Origin: an uncultured Acidobacteriota bacterium
GTDB taxonomy: Bacteria > Actinomycetota > Acidimicrobiia > Spongiisociales > ZC4RG35
Reading direction: 5' to 3'
Assembly: GCA_963828465.1 (NCBI GenBank)
Contig: CAWHEU010000001.1
Coordinates: 1-43,502, forward strand
DNA: 43,502 bases
How positions within the stretch are numbered: the stretch's first letter is position 1; the number at the start of each line of letters is the position of its first letter. Shown here in pieces: positions 27,835-36,892 of the stretch. A program made the translations under genes and the position numbers. The notes beneath the pieces are model-generated. The model made no database searches. It worked only from the letters and a program-made list of their open reading frames with translations, and was not told the origin of the DNA.

Positions 27835-28806
27835 TTGAAGGCAATCGTCCGCGATGAGTACGGCTCACCGGATGTGCTCGAGTTGCGGGAGATCGACCAA
27901 CCCGCGCCCGGGGATGGCGAGGTGCTGGTCAAGGTTCACGCCGCCTCCGTCAACACGGCAGACCTCGACTATTTGCGAGGAAGGCCGGCGGCCGCTCGTG
28001 TCGCATCCGGGATAGGTCGCCCCCGAAGCAACCGCATCGGTCTCGACGTCGCCGGCCGTGTCGAGGCCGTTGGTCGAGAAGTGACGGCGGTCGCGGTGGG
28101 GGAAGACGTGTGGGCCGACTTGTTCGACTTCGGCCAGGGCGCCTTTGCCGAGTACGTCTGTGCCCCGCAGACGGCGTTCACACCGATGCCGTCGGGCGTG
28201 ACGTTCGAGCAGGCGGCAACGATTCCTCACTCCGGGGTCCTGGCGCTGCAGGGTCTCCTCGGTTACGGAGAGATCAACCCGGGCGAAAAAGTCCTGATCA
28301 ACGGTGCTGGTGGGTGTGTCGGGCCCTTTGCGATTCAGCTCGCCAAGTCATTCGGCGCTGAGGTGACCGGTGTCGATCACGGCGGGAAGTTCGACCTGAT
28401 GCGCGCGGCTGGGGCGGACCATCTGATCGACTACACCAACGAAAACTTCACCGCGAATGGGCGCGGTTATGACCTGATCCTCGACATCGTCGACGAGCAC
28501 TCGGTCCTGCACTACCGGCACTCATTGGCACCGGGAGGGCGTTACGTCCTCATCGCACGCAGGCTGACCGGATTCGCTCAGGCATTCCTGGTCGGGGCCG
28601 GGGTCTCCATGACCAGCAGCAAACGAATGGGCACCTTCATGTGGCGGGCGAACAGACGTGCTGACCTCGAGCTCATCAAAGCCCTCCTCGAGAATGGGAA
28701 GGTCACCCCGATCATCGATCGGCGGTTCCAGTTGTCCGAGGTCCCAGAGGCTCTGCGCTATCAGGAGGACGGCCACGCCCGGGGCAAGGTCGTCATCACC
28801 GTTTGA
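27835..28806 (+). CDS. Second, tandem MDR / quinone-oxidoreductase-like paralogue
   Basis: YGSPDVLEL, GLDVAGRV, NGAGGCVG and GHARGKVV motifs; TTG start inferred by alignment to the first copy. Confidence 0.88.
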   Translation: MKAIVRDEYGSPDVLELREIDQPAPGDGEVLVKVHAASVNTADLDYLRGRPAAARVASGIGRPRSNRIGLDVAGRVEAVGREVTAVAVGEDVWADLFDFGQGAFAEYVCAPQTAFTPMPSGVTFEQAATIPHSGVLALQGLLGYGEINPGEKVLINGAGGCVGPFAIQLAKSFGAEVTGVDHGGKFDLMRAAGADHLIDYTNENFTANGRGYDLILDIVDEHSVLHYRHSLAPGGRYVLIARRLTGFAQAFLVGAGVSMTSSKRMGTFMWRANRRADLELIKALLENGKVTPIIDRRFQLSEVPEALRYQEDGHARGKVVITV

Positions 28807-28821
28807 TGATGGAGCGAGGCG

Positions 28822-29496
28822 TCACTTGCGTTCGGGAGCGCCCCAAAGGGAGACGAGGCGCGCCACCAGTGCGACCAGGAATACCTGTCCGACGAACGCC
28901 TCCACCACCACAAGTCGTTTGGCGAGATCGGTGGCGGCGGTGATGTCACCGTATCCGACAGTGGTCAGGGTGACGAAGGAGAAATAGACATAGTCGCCGT
29001 CGGATACCACTCCGTTGAGGAACGTCGTGTCGGTGAGCAGATCCATGCCGTGGTAAAGCGCCGCCATCACAAACGCGATCAGGGCATACGCGGCCACGCC
29101 GCCCATGACGGTCTGGATGGTCACGTGTCGATGTCGGCTGACCCGGTTGAGGATGGCCAGCAGGGCAGCGAACTGAGCGATGCCGAGAAGTATCAGCCGC
29201 CAGCCGCCGGCCAATTCAGACGAGACGAAACCCAGGGAGAGAGTGGTGAGCAGAACCAGGATCGTGGCAAGCGAGCCGATCCTGCGAAGCCGCTTCGGGA
29301 CGCCTGGGGACCACAAAGTCGTCAAGAGCAATGCGACCCACAAGAACGTATTCAATGCGATAAGAAATCGATTCGATTCGACGGCTGAAAGGACGTATCC
29401 GACCAGGATCAGGATCAGGACAAGGCCATACCGCTCGCGAATCGGCACACGGGCTACGACCGTGTCTTCTGGCGCTCCCGGAGCCGAGGCTGTCAT
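28822..29496 (-). CDS. Potassium channel family protein (Ion_trans_2)
   Basis: YFSFVTLTTVGYGDI selectivity filter; ATG 29496 overlaps the upstream stop. Confidence 0.88.
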   Translation of the reverse strand: MTASAPGAPEDTVVARVPIRERYGLVLILILVGYVLSAVESNRFLIALNTFLWVALLLTTLWSPGVPKRLRRIGSLATILVLLTTLSLGFVSSELAGGWRLILLGIAQFAALLAILNRVSRHRHVTIQTVMGGVAAYALIAFVMAALYHGMDLLTDTTFLNGVVSDGDYVYFSFVTLTTVGYGDITAATDLAKRLVVVEAFVGQVFLVALVARLVSLWGAPERK

Positions 29497-30173
29497 CCGC
29501 TGGTGATTGGCTGTCCCAGAGCTATCCCGAGACCTATGACCAGGCCGATCCCGGCGATGACGAGCAGGGCGACTTGTGCCCTGAAGTATTCGAACCGTTC
29601 GGCCATCGCAGCGAAGAAGAGCACGGCAGCGAAGAGGAGTGTTGTCAGGGTGTAGATGTCGGAGATCGTGTTGGCATCCTCTCCGGCTTGGAAGAGCTCG
29701 TCGGCGCGTGCTTCGAGACGGTCCGCCTCGGCCTCCTGTGAAAGCTGATATTCGGGCATGGCAAACGGGCTGGGCGGCGCATCGGGGTTGTTGAGTGGAT
29801 CGAGGGCGATCCACGCGTCGTATCCCAACCTGAACTCGTCCCGGAACCGCTCGAAGTAGAAATCGGCGACCTCTTCTCTTCCCTCGATGGTTGCGTCTAT
29901 GTAGTTCTCGAACACACTCAAGTCGGCCAGACGGAACTGGTTGGCTGCAGTGCGCTGCTGGGCGGCATTGGTGCGTGACCCTGATGCCTGGGTGTAGTTG
30001 CTCGACTGGATGCCGTCCCAGAGTGACGCCTGATATCCGCTCCACGCCGTCGACAGCGCGGCAAACGCCAGGATCGCCACTGTGACGATCTCCATGCGCT
30101 TCTCGCTGCGCGAAACCGGTGGGGCTGTGTTTCCCCTCGGCTCGGTTGGTTGCGTGTTCTCGGGTCCGGTCAT
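29493..30173 (-). CDS. Hypothetical membrane protein
   Basis: N-terminal TM (AILAFAALSTAWSGYQ), soluble middle, two C-terminal TMs; GAGGAG RBS. Confidence 0.75.
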   Translation of the reverse strand: MTGPENTQPTEPRGNTAPPVSRSEKRMEIVTVAILAFAALSTAWSGYQASLWDGIQSSNYTQASGSRTNAAQQRTAANQFRLADLSVFENYIDATIEGREEVADFYFERFRDEFRLGYDAWIALDPLNNPDAPPSPFAMPEYQLSQEAEADRLEARADELFQAGEDANTISDIYTLTTLLFAAVLFFAAMAERFEYFRAQVALLVIAGIGLVIGLGIALGQPITSG

Positions 30174-30324
30174 CTCTCTCCTCGTTTCGAGCAGCATCCT
30201 CTTTGTCGTCGTGGCCCGGCATCACCCGATCTAGGCGAAAAGATCGCATTCGCCCGGGGCGATGGAGGATCGTAGGATCGCAGGGACAGTCTGTCTTCGA
30301 GAGACAGCGAACGAGAGGACGTCT

Positions 30325-30774
30325 ATGAGCGGCAGCGAAGAAATGATGGGACCCATCGACTATCTCATTGTCGAGTGGCCGGCAGGGTCGCCCCCGAATG
30401 GCGAGGCTTTCCCCCATCTGCTCGAACTGGTCGACCGGGGTGTGATTCGGATACTGGATTTCTCTTTTGTGGAGAAGGACGACGCGGGGAACGTCGTCGG
30501 GGTCGACATCGCCGACTTCGATGGAGACGGCACGAATGACCTGTTGGTCTTTGCCGAAGCGTCGTCGGGCTTGCTCGACGAGGAAGATTACGCGGAAGCG
30601 GGCGCCGCGCTGGAAGCCGGGACCGCCGCCGCAATTCTGGTCTTCGAGAACACGTGGGCGGCGCCGTTCGCCACTGCGCTGCGCAAGAGCGGTGCTCAAT
30701 TGGTCGCGTCCGGGCGTATCCCGGTCAACGCATTGATCGCCACTCTCGACGAGCTCGAAGCCGCCGAGGCCTGA
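30325..30774 (+). CDS. DUF6325 family protein
   Basis: MGPIDYLIVE, LVDRGVIRILD, ENTWAAPF and GRIP motifs. Confidence 0.8.
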   Translation: MSGSEEMMGPIDYLIVEWPAGSPPNGEAFPHLLELVDRGVIRILDFSFVEKDDAGNVVGVDIADFDGDGTNDLLVFAEASSGLLDEEDYAEAGAALEAGTAAAILVFENTWAAPFATALRKSGAQLVASGRIPVNALIATLDELEAAEA

Positions 30775-30794
30775 TCCGGAAAGGAACGAGAACT

Positions 30795-31079
30795 ATGGGA
30801 TTATTGAGAGGTGTAGCCCGTACCGCGGTTGTGGCCGGGACAGCGACCGCCGTTTCCAATCGTGTGTCGCGCCGTCAGGGCGATCGCTGGGCGACGGAGC
30901 AAGATGCCGCCGCCTACCAGGAACAGCAATACCAGCAACAGGCGCCGCCACCACCCCCCGCTGCCCCCGCGGCCCCCGACACGCTGACGCAGTTACAGCA
31001 GCTCGGCGAGCTCCACGACGCCGGTGTCCTCACCGACGAGGAGTTTGCGGCACAAAAGGCCAAGATCCTCGCTCAGTGA
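30795..31079 (+). CDS. SHOCT domain protein
   Basis: ARTAVVAGTATAVSNRV, Gln/Pro linker, LGELHDAGVLTDEEFAAQKAKIL. Confidence 0.88.
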   Translation: MGLLRGVARTAVVAGTATAVSNRVSRRQGDRWATEQDAAAYQEQQYQQQAPPPPPAAPAAPDTLTQLQQLGELHDAGVLTDEEFAAQKAKILAQ

Positions 31080-31125
31080 TCAAACCGAGTCACTGAGGGT
31101 CCGAGGCCCCGTGAGCGGTCGACGA

Positions 31126-31302
31126 ATGTCGGCCGCCGGGGTGCTTGGATTCGCCTAAGACCGGGCCGCCGCCCTGGCAGCCGGTGGCCTCCTTGCGATG
31201 TTGACCGACTCACTGATGCCGTACGCGGTGCAGAAGGGTGGCAATCAGGCGGGCGTTTGGACAGTGGTCGGATTTGGGCTCGCCCTGGCCACGTCGTCCT
31301 GA
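31126..31302 (+). pseudogene. Remnant of a ZIP/GufA metal transporter (C-terminal helices only)
   Basis: Translates as MSAAGVLGFA*DRAAALAAGGLLAMLTDSLMPYAVQKGGNQAGVWTVVGFGLALATSS*, resembling the ZIP TM7-8 pattern AAGAxLAMLxDxMxPEA. Confidence 0.6.
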
Positions 31303-31396
31303 GCCCGGACCATTGGCAAATCGACGCGGTCAACTTCCATCATTGCTTTCTTGCCCACCTCGGGAAGAATGTCGTCACTTAGAGCGAGGAGACCGG

Positions 31397-31681
31397 GTGG
31401 GTTGTCTGTTTCTGATACTTCTGGGCGTCAGTCCGCGTCTCGCGGTTGTGGCCCTCTGGCTGTTGACCGATTGGGTCGAACGTGCCTTTGGCGACAGTTG
31501 GATCCTCCCGGTGGCCGGATTGATTCTGTTGCCATGGACCACCGCCCTCTACGTGGTCGGGTATGTGGCCGGTGATGCGGCCGCCCCGTGGGGGATTCTT
31601 GGAGCGATCATCGGATTGTTCCTCGATGTGGCGGTTCATGCCGGTTCGGCGACGATGACCCGGCGCCGCTCCAGCACCTAG
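31397..31681 (+). CDS. Small membrane protein (94 aa)
   Basis: GAGGAG RBS, GTG start; SPRLA, GLILLPWTT; three hydrophobic segments. Confidence 0.7.
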   Translation: MGCLFLILLGVSPRLAVVALWLLTDWVERAFGDSWILPVAGLILLPWTTALYVVGYVAGDAAAPWGILGAIIGLFLDVAVHAGSATMTRRRSST

Positions 31682-31898
31682 ATCGAGCGTCATCCCGGTC
31701 TCTTTACGTTCTCTATAGGCGCGTCCGACATGCTTTCGATTGTGGCCTTGGCGTCTTTCACCTGCAGGATCCTGGAACCGCGGTCTGGTCTGCGACGTCT
31801 GAACGCTGACTGCCCTCCGCTTTGCCCATGACCGTGCCCATTCTGCAACCCACCAGCGTGATCGAACGCGTCCACACGTGCCAGGGGGCTCGGGTCTG

Positions 31899-32594
31899 AT
31901 GCGCATCCTCGTTGTCGAAGACGAGCAGGATCTGGCGTCGGCAATCGCCGACAGCCTTCGTCGCGACGGGTACGCGATCGACATCGCTCCCACCGTGACG
32001 TCGGCGATGAGCCTCACGTCGGTCAATGCCTACGACGTCGTCTGCCTCGACCTGAATCTGCCCGACGGGGACGGACTTGACGTGTGCCGGCAGGTGTTGG
32101 CCGATCCGGCCCGGTCCTACGATCTGGCACCGGCTCCAAAGATCCTGATGCTGACCGCTCGCGGCGGTGTCGACGACAGGATTCGTGGCTTGGACGAGGG
32201 TGCTGACGACTACTTGGTGAAGCCGTTCTCATTGGGGGAGCTGAGCGCCCGGATCCGTGCCTTGTTGCGGCGCGACACCGCGACGGGCAGCTCGGTCATC
32301 GCCTATGGCGGGATCGAGATGGACACTGCCCGCCATGAGGTAACCGTCCACGGACAATTAGTTGCGCTCACTGTCAAGGAGTACGCCCTTCTCCGCTGGT
32401 TTCTTCTGCATCCCGAGGAGGTGCACAGCGCCGAGCGTCTTCTCGAGCACGTTTGGGACGAGCACGCCGATCCCTTCACCAACACGGTGAGGATGACCTT
32501 GTCCAATCTGCGTCGAAAGTTGTCATCGGTGGCGGCTGCGCACCTGATCGTGACCCTTCCCGGACGTGGCTACATGTTGAAGGCCGACACATGA
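31899..32594 (+). CDS. OmpR-family response regulator (CutR/MprA-like)
   Basis: ILVVED, CLDLNLP, MLTAR, ADDYLVKPF and TLPGRGY motifs. Confidence 0.93.
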   Translation: MRILVVEDEQDLASAIADSLRRDGYAIDIAPTVTSAMSLTSVNAYDVVCLDLNLPDGDGLDVCRQVLADPARSYDLAPAPKILMLTARGGVDDRIRGLDEGADDYLVKPFSLGELSARIRALLRRDTATGSSVIAYGGIEMDTARHEVTVHGQLVALTVKEYALLRWFLLHPEEVHSAERLLEHVWDEHADPFTNTVRMTLSNLRRKLSSVAAAHLIVTLPGRGYMLKADT

Positions 32595-33664
32595 GCGGGT
32601 CCAGGGTTCGATTGGCGATAGTCCTGATGGCGCCAGCCGTCCTCATGGCGTTTGTGGTCATGGTGGTGACGGTCGCTCTGCTCTTAAGCCACGAGCCGTG
32701 GGCCGACGCCCGGACCGGCATTGCCCAGGTCGGTGACGACCTGGTGGTGGTAGTGGCCGAAGAAGGATCGCTCGACGGGCTCATCGATTCCGGCTTGTTG
32801 GCGCCTGCCCTGGCCATGATCCCGGCCGTCGTCGTCGCCTGGCTCGTTGCTGGTCGGGTGAGACGGGTTGTGGCGCAGGCCCGGGCGGAGGTCGAGGCCG
32901 CAGAAGTCGAGCGTCGCAGCCGGACCCAGGAAGTCGTCCACGAGCTACGCACTCCGCTTGCCGTGATGGGCACGAATCTCGAGCTCGCGGCAATCGAGGC
33001 CGGGCATGAGCCCGGAGCTGCGGGATATATCGACGCCGCCCGCCGGGCGGTGAGCAGGATGGCGCGAACCGTCGATGACCTCGCCGGCCACGGCGGGCTG
33101 GCGGTCGAGCAGGGAAATGGCCCTGTCGACCTGGCCGACCTCGCCGAGTCGGCGGTGGCCGAGCACGTCGGCCCTGCCCGTGCACGCGGGGTCAACGTCG
33201 AGCTCATCGGGGCATCTCATACGACCGTTCCGTCGGTCGACCCGGCCGCGGTGCGTATCGCCATCGGGAACTTTCTCAGTAACGCGGTACGCCTGGCGCC
33301 GCAGGGGTCGTCGGTTGGCATCGATTGGGGTCGGCTCAACGGCTGGGCCTGGATCGCGGTGATCGACGAGGGTCCCGGCCTGGCTCCTCATCTCCATGCC
33401 CGTGTCTTCGAGAGGGGATGGCAAGGCCATCACGAGCGCGAGCGTGGTACGGGGAATGGCGAGGCCGGATTGGGGCTAACGATTGCCCGCCAACTCACCG
33501 AAGCCCAGGGCGGGGCGGTGACAGTCGAGTCCGAAGAGGGCGGAGGCTCCGTTTTCGCAGTCTGGTTGCCACTGGAGATCGGCGCTGACCCGAAGGCGGT
33601 CATCGCACCCGATCGGATCCACGCCGCAACGCGACCCTGGCTAGAGGCCTCGCTGACCGCTTGA
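32591..33664 (+). CDS. Sensor histidine kinase
   Basis: Two TMs; H-box VHELRTPL, N-box NFLSNA, DEGPG and GLGL motifs; ATGA overlap. Confidence 0.9.
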   Translation: MSGSRVRLAIVLMAPAVLMAFVVMVVTVALLLSHEPWADARTGIAQVGDDLVVVVAEEGSLDGLIDSGLLAPALAMIPAVVVAWLVAGRVRRVVAQARAEVEAAEVERRSRTQEVVHELRTPLAVMGTNLELAAIEAGHEPGAAGYIDAARRAVSRMARTVDDLAGHGGLAVEQGNGPVDLADLAESAVAEHVGPARARGVNVELIGASHTTVPSVDPAAVRIAIGNFLSNAVRLAPQGSSVGIDWGRLNGWAWIAVIDEGPGLAPHLHARVFERGWQGHHERERGTGNGEAGLGLTIARQLTEAQGGAVTVESEEGGGSVFAVWLPLEIGADPKAVIAPDRIHAATRPWLEASLTA

Positions 33665-33720
33665 CGGGCCTTTTAAAGGTCATCCCATATGTTGCGGCGG
33701 TTGACCACACGGAGGATGCC

Positions 33721-34881
33721 TTGACCCAACTCGACCCCAGCCCGCCGAAGCTCCGCCCCAGACGGCGGTCCTGGCGCGACCTTCCGGCTTCGCCGCCCAT
33801 CGGCGACCCGCACCCGCCAATCAGCGAGGAGCAACCGGTCGTGGTGCAAACAGAGCCCGCGGAGGTGGCGGAGAAGACGCCCAGAAGCGGTCTGCGCACG
33901 TTCACCTATGCGTTGACGGCGGTTGTGGTCGTACTGGTTGGCGCCGCGGTCTGGCTCTGGCAGCGCGAGGCGCCGGTCGCGACGACACCGACGGTGGCTG
34001 CCGAGGAGGCGGAGGCCGGTAGTCCGGGCGCGGTTGCAGCAGCCTTGGGCCCCGCCGTCGTCCATATCGAGATCCTCGGCGGGTTGGAGGCCGGGGGAGG
34101 GGTCGGCTCGGGTGTGATCTACGACACCTCAGGGCTGGTCCTGACCGCACATCACGTTGTCTCATTCTCAGATGAGGTGACCGTCATGACCGCCGACGAG
34201 CGTTCGTTCAGCGGGCGGGTGGTGGGGCGAATCCCCGAGCGTGATCTCGCCATCGTTGCTCTCACCGATGCAACCGATTTGGTCGCGGCAACCATCGCCG
34301 AGCCGGGAACGGTCGAAGTAGGCGAGCCGGCCATCGCAATGGGGAGCCCGTTCGGGTTCCAGCAGTCGGTGACTGCCGGGATCATCTCGGGCCTCGACCG
34401 TGAATTGGAGACGCCGATGGGCACTCTCACCGGGCTCATCCAGACAGACACTCCGATCAACCCGGGCAATTCTGGAGGCCCGCTCGCCGACGCCGAGGCC
34501 AAGGTCATCGGCATCAACACCGCGATCGCCTCCATGTCTGGCGGTAACGACGGTGTCGGGTTCGCAGTGCCTGTCGAGGACTTCGCGTCGCTGATGGAAG
34601 AGGTCGAGGCGAACGGCGGCGTCGAGGCCCCGACCGTGCCCGCTCCGGAGGATGCCGGTGGGTTGGGAGGCTTGGTTCCCGGCCTTGAAGACCTTCTGCC
34701 CGGACTCGATGACCTATTCGGCCCCGAAGGACCGGGGGGTCTGGAGGATCTTCCCGGATTGGAAGAGATGCTTGAAGAGATGTTCGGCACCGCCGACATC
34801 CCGCCGGAGCTGCAACAGCTCCTGGAGGAGCTGCTTGGTGTGCCCGCCCCTGCGGCGCCAGGGGAGGGAGAAACCTCATGA
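33721..34881 (+). CDS. Membrane-anchored HtrA/S1C-type serine protease without PDZ domain
   Basis: Single TM; GSGVI, TAHHV, RDLA, GSPFG and IQTDTPINPGNSGG motifs; acidic low-complexity tail; GGAGG RBS before TTG. Confidence 0.88.
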   Translation: MTQLDPSPPKLRPRRRSWRDLPASPPIGDPHPPISEEQPVVVQTEPAEVAEKTPRSGLRTFTYALTAVVVVLVGAAVWLWQREAPVATTPTVAAEEAEAGSPGAVAAALGPAVVHIEILGGLEAGGGVGSGVIYDTSGLVLTAHHVVSFSDEVTVMTADERSFSGRVVGRIPERDLAIVALTDATDLVAATIAEPGTVEVGEPAIAMGSPFGFQQSVTAGIISGLDRELETPMGTLTGLIQTDTPINPGNSGGPLADAEAKVIGINTAIASMSGGNDGVGFAVPVEDFASLMEEVEANGGVEAPTVPAPEDAGGLGGLVPGLEDLLPGLDDLFGPEGPGGLEDLPGLEEMLEEMFGTADIPPELQQLLEELLGVPAPAAPGEGETS

Positions 34882-35921
34882 CCACGAGTCAATTCACAAC
34901 GAGGAGCGACGCGGCTCAGCCGGGACTCCACGGAGTCCAGCTCCGTGAGGTGATGGCCGAGTTGCAACGAGTCATCGTTGGCCAGGACCGTGTCCTGGAG
35001 CGCGTCCTGGTCGCTCTCATGGCCGGTGGCCATTGTCTTCTCGAGGGCGTGCCCGGCCTGGGCAAGACACTCACTGTGTCCACATTGGCAAAGACCCTTG
35101 GGGGCACGTTCACCCGGATCCAGTTCACACCCGACCTGTTGCCTTCGGACATCGTCGGCACCCGGATCTACCGGCCGTCGACGGAGCGGTTCGATGTGGA
35201 GTTGGGCCCGGTCTTCGCCAACTTCGTGCTGGCAGACGAGATCAACCGTGCCCCGGCCAAGGTCCAGTCGGCGCTGCTCGAGGTGATGGGGGAGCGTCAG
35301 ATCTCGATCGGCGGCACCACATATCCCCTGCCGCTGCCGTTCCTCGTGCTTGCCACGCAGAACCCGATCGAGTCGGAAGGGGTGTACCCCCTGCCGGAGG
35401 CTCAGCGGGACCGGTTCCTGATGCGGATCCCGGTGGACTACCCGACACCCGACCAGGAGCACGAGATCGTTGATCGTTCCCGGCACCAGGCATCCGGATC
35501 ACCGGTTGCCCTTCTGTCGACCGAGGATGTGGCCGGCCTTCAGGCGGCGGCTTCAGCGGTGTACGTCGACCGGGCGGTGCAGGACTATGCCGTCAGGCTG
35601 GTGCTCGCCACCAGGAACCCTGCCGAGCACGGCGTGGTCATCGACGGGCTTCTCGCTTACGGCGCCAGTCCCCGGGCCAGCATCGGGCTCATCAACGCTG
35701 GAAGGGCCCTGGCACTGTTGCGGGGGCGAGATCATCTCCTTCCCCAGGACGTCTACGACATCGCCTACGACGTACTCAACCACCGGCTGGTGCTGTCCTT
35801 CGACGCGGTAGCCGACGGGGTCACCGTCGACGACGTGTTGGTCGAGGTGATGACGACAGTGGTCTCACCACGTGTCTCGTCCTCCCAACTGGCCGGGCAC
35901 CGGGCTCCGCTGGCAGTCTGA
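34878..35921 (+). CDS. moxR: MoxR family AAA+ ATPase
   Basis: GVPGLGKT, RIQFTPDLLPSD, LADEINRAPAK, ATQNP and GASPRA motifs. Confidence 0.93.
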   Translation: MTTSQFTTRSDAAQPGLHGVQLREVMAELQRVIVGQDRVLERVLVALMAGGHCLLEGVPGLGKTLTVSTLAKTLGGTFTRIQFTPDLLPSDIVGTRIYRPSTERFDVELGPVFANFVLADEINRAPAKVQSALLEVMGERQISIGGTTYPLPLPFLVLATQNPIESEGVYPLPEAQRDRFLMRIPVDYPTPDQEHEIVDRSRHQASGSPVALLSTEDVAGLQAAASAVYVDRAVQDYAVRLVLATRNPAEHGVVIDGLLAYGASPRASIGLINAGRALALLRGRDHLLPQDVYDIAYDVLNHRLVLSFDAVADGVTVDDVLVEVMTTVVSPRVSSSQLAGHRAPLAV

Positions 35922-36892
35922 TGCAGCTCAGACGATCCGGGCCCCCCACGGGGGTGGAGCCGATCCCGCGCACATCGCGTCTCACCTCGCCGTCGCAGGT
36001 CCCCATCGAGCGGCTGCGGCTCACCGTGCTTCGTCGGCTGAATGGCCTCCTCGCCGGCGATCATGCCGGGCTCTTCCCTGGCCACGGGACCGAGAGGGGC
36101 GAATCACGCCCGTATGTCCCGGGTGACGATCCCCGTTACATCGACTGGGCGGTGACGGCCCGAACCCATGACACCCATGTTCGTGACATGGTTGCCGACC
36201 ACGAGCTCGACGTCTGGCTGATCCTCGATTCCTCGTCGAGTCTCGGCTTCGGCACCGGCCGAGCCACGAAACACGAGGTTGCCTGGTCCGCGGCCGGTGC
36301 TTTTGCCCTGCTTGCATCGAACAGCGGCAACCGGGTGGGGGCGGCTCGCTCGACCAACCGCAAGGGACGTTCTCGTCCGCTTCTCATCCCGGCCCGTGGC
36401 GGCTCGGCACATGCGGGCGGAGTTCTCAGTGCTCTCCTCGTCGCTCCTGAGGACGGGGAGAGCGGTGACCTCGGTCGAGCCATCGAGATGGTCGGCCAGG
36501 TCGCTCGCCGTCGAGGCATGGCAGTGGTCATCTCCGACTTCCTGGGATCTCCCGACTGGGAACGCCCGTTGCGGGCCATGTCCCATCGACATGAATTGAT
36601 CGCCGTCGAGGTGGTAGATCCCCGAGAGGTCGACCTGCCCGATGTCGGGTTGATCGCGGTGGTCGATCCCGAGTCGGGGAGGCGTCGACTGATCGATACG
36701 GCCAAGGATGGCGTTCGCGAGCGTTACGCAGCCTTGGCCGAGCAGCGCCGTGCCGAAGTCGCGGGGCGTCTCAAGTCGTGTGGCGCCGATCACCTGGTCC
36801 TGCGAACAGATCGCGATTGGGTTCTCGACTTCGTGCGTTTCGTCTCAGGTCGCAAGGCGAGACTGATGTCGGCGGGGAGGTCGGGACGATGA
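35921..36892 (+). CDS. DUF58 domain protein (MoxR-associated)
   Basis: RPYVPGDDPRYIDWAVTAR, LDSSSS and ISDF motifs. Confidence 0.9.
   Translation: MQLRRSGPPTGVEPIPRTSRLTSPSQVPIERLRLTVLRRLNGLLAGDHAGLFPGHGTERGESRPYVPGDDPRYIDWAVTARTHDTHVRDMVADHELDVWLILDSSSSLGFGTGRATKHEVAWSAAGAFALLASNSGNRVGAARSTNRKGRSRPLLIPARGGSAHAGGVLSALLVAPEDGESGDLGRAIEMVGQVARRRGMAVVISDFLGSPDWERPLRAMSHRHELIAVEVVDPREVDLPDVGLIAVVDPESGRRRLIDTAKDGVRERYAALAEQRRAEVAGRLKSCGADHLVLRTDRDWVLDFVRFVSGRKARLMSAGRSGR

Noticed and set aside
28822-30699. 625-aa channel ORF with a long N-terminal extension
   Set aside because: Only 28822-29496 is channel-like; the extension overlaps two better-supported genes in other frames.
31690-31860. Possible small or decayed minus-strand gene
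   Set aside because: No recognisable motif or RBS; it could simply be the promoter region of the response regulator.
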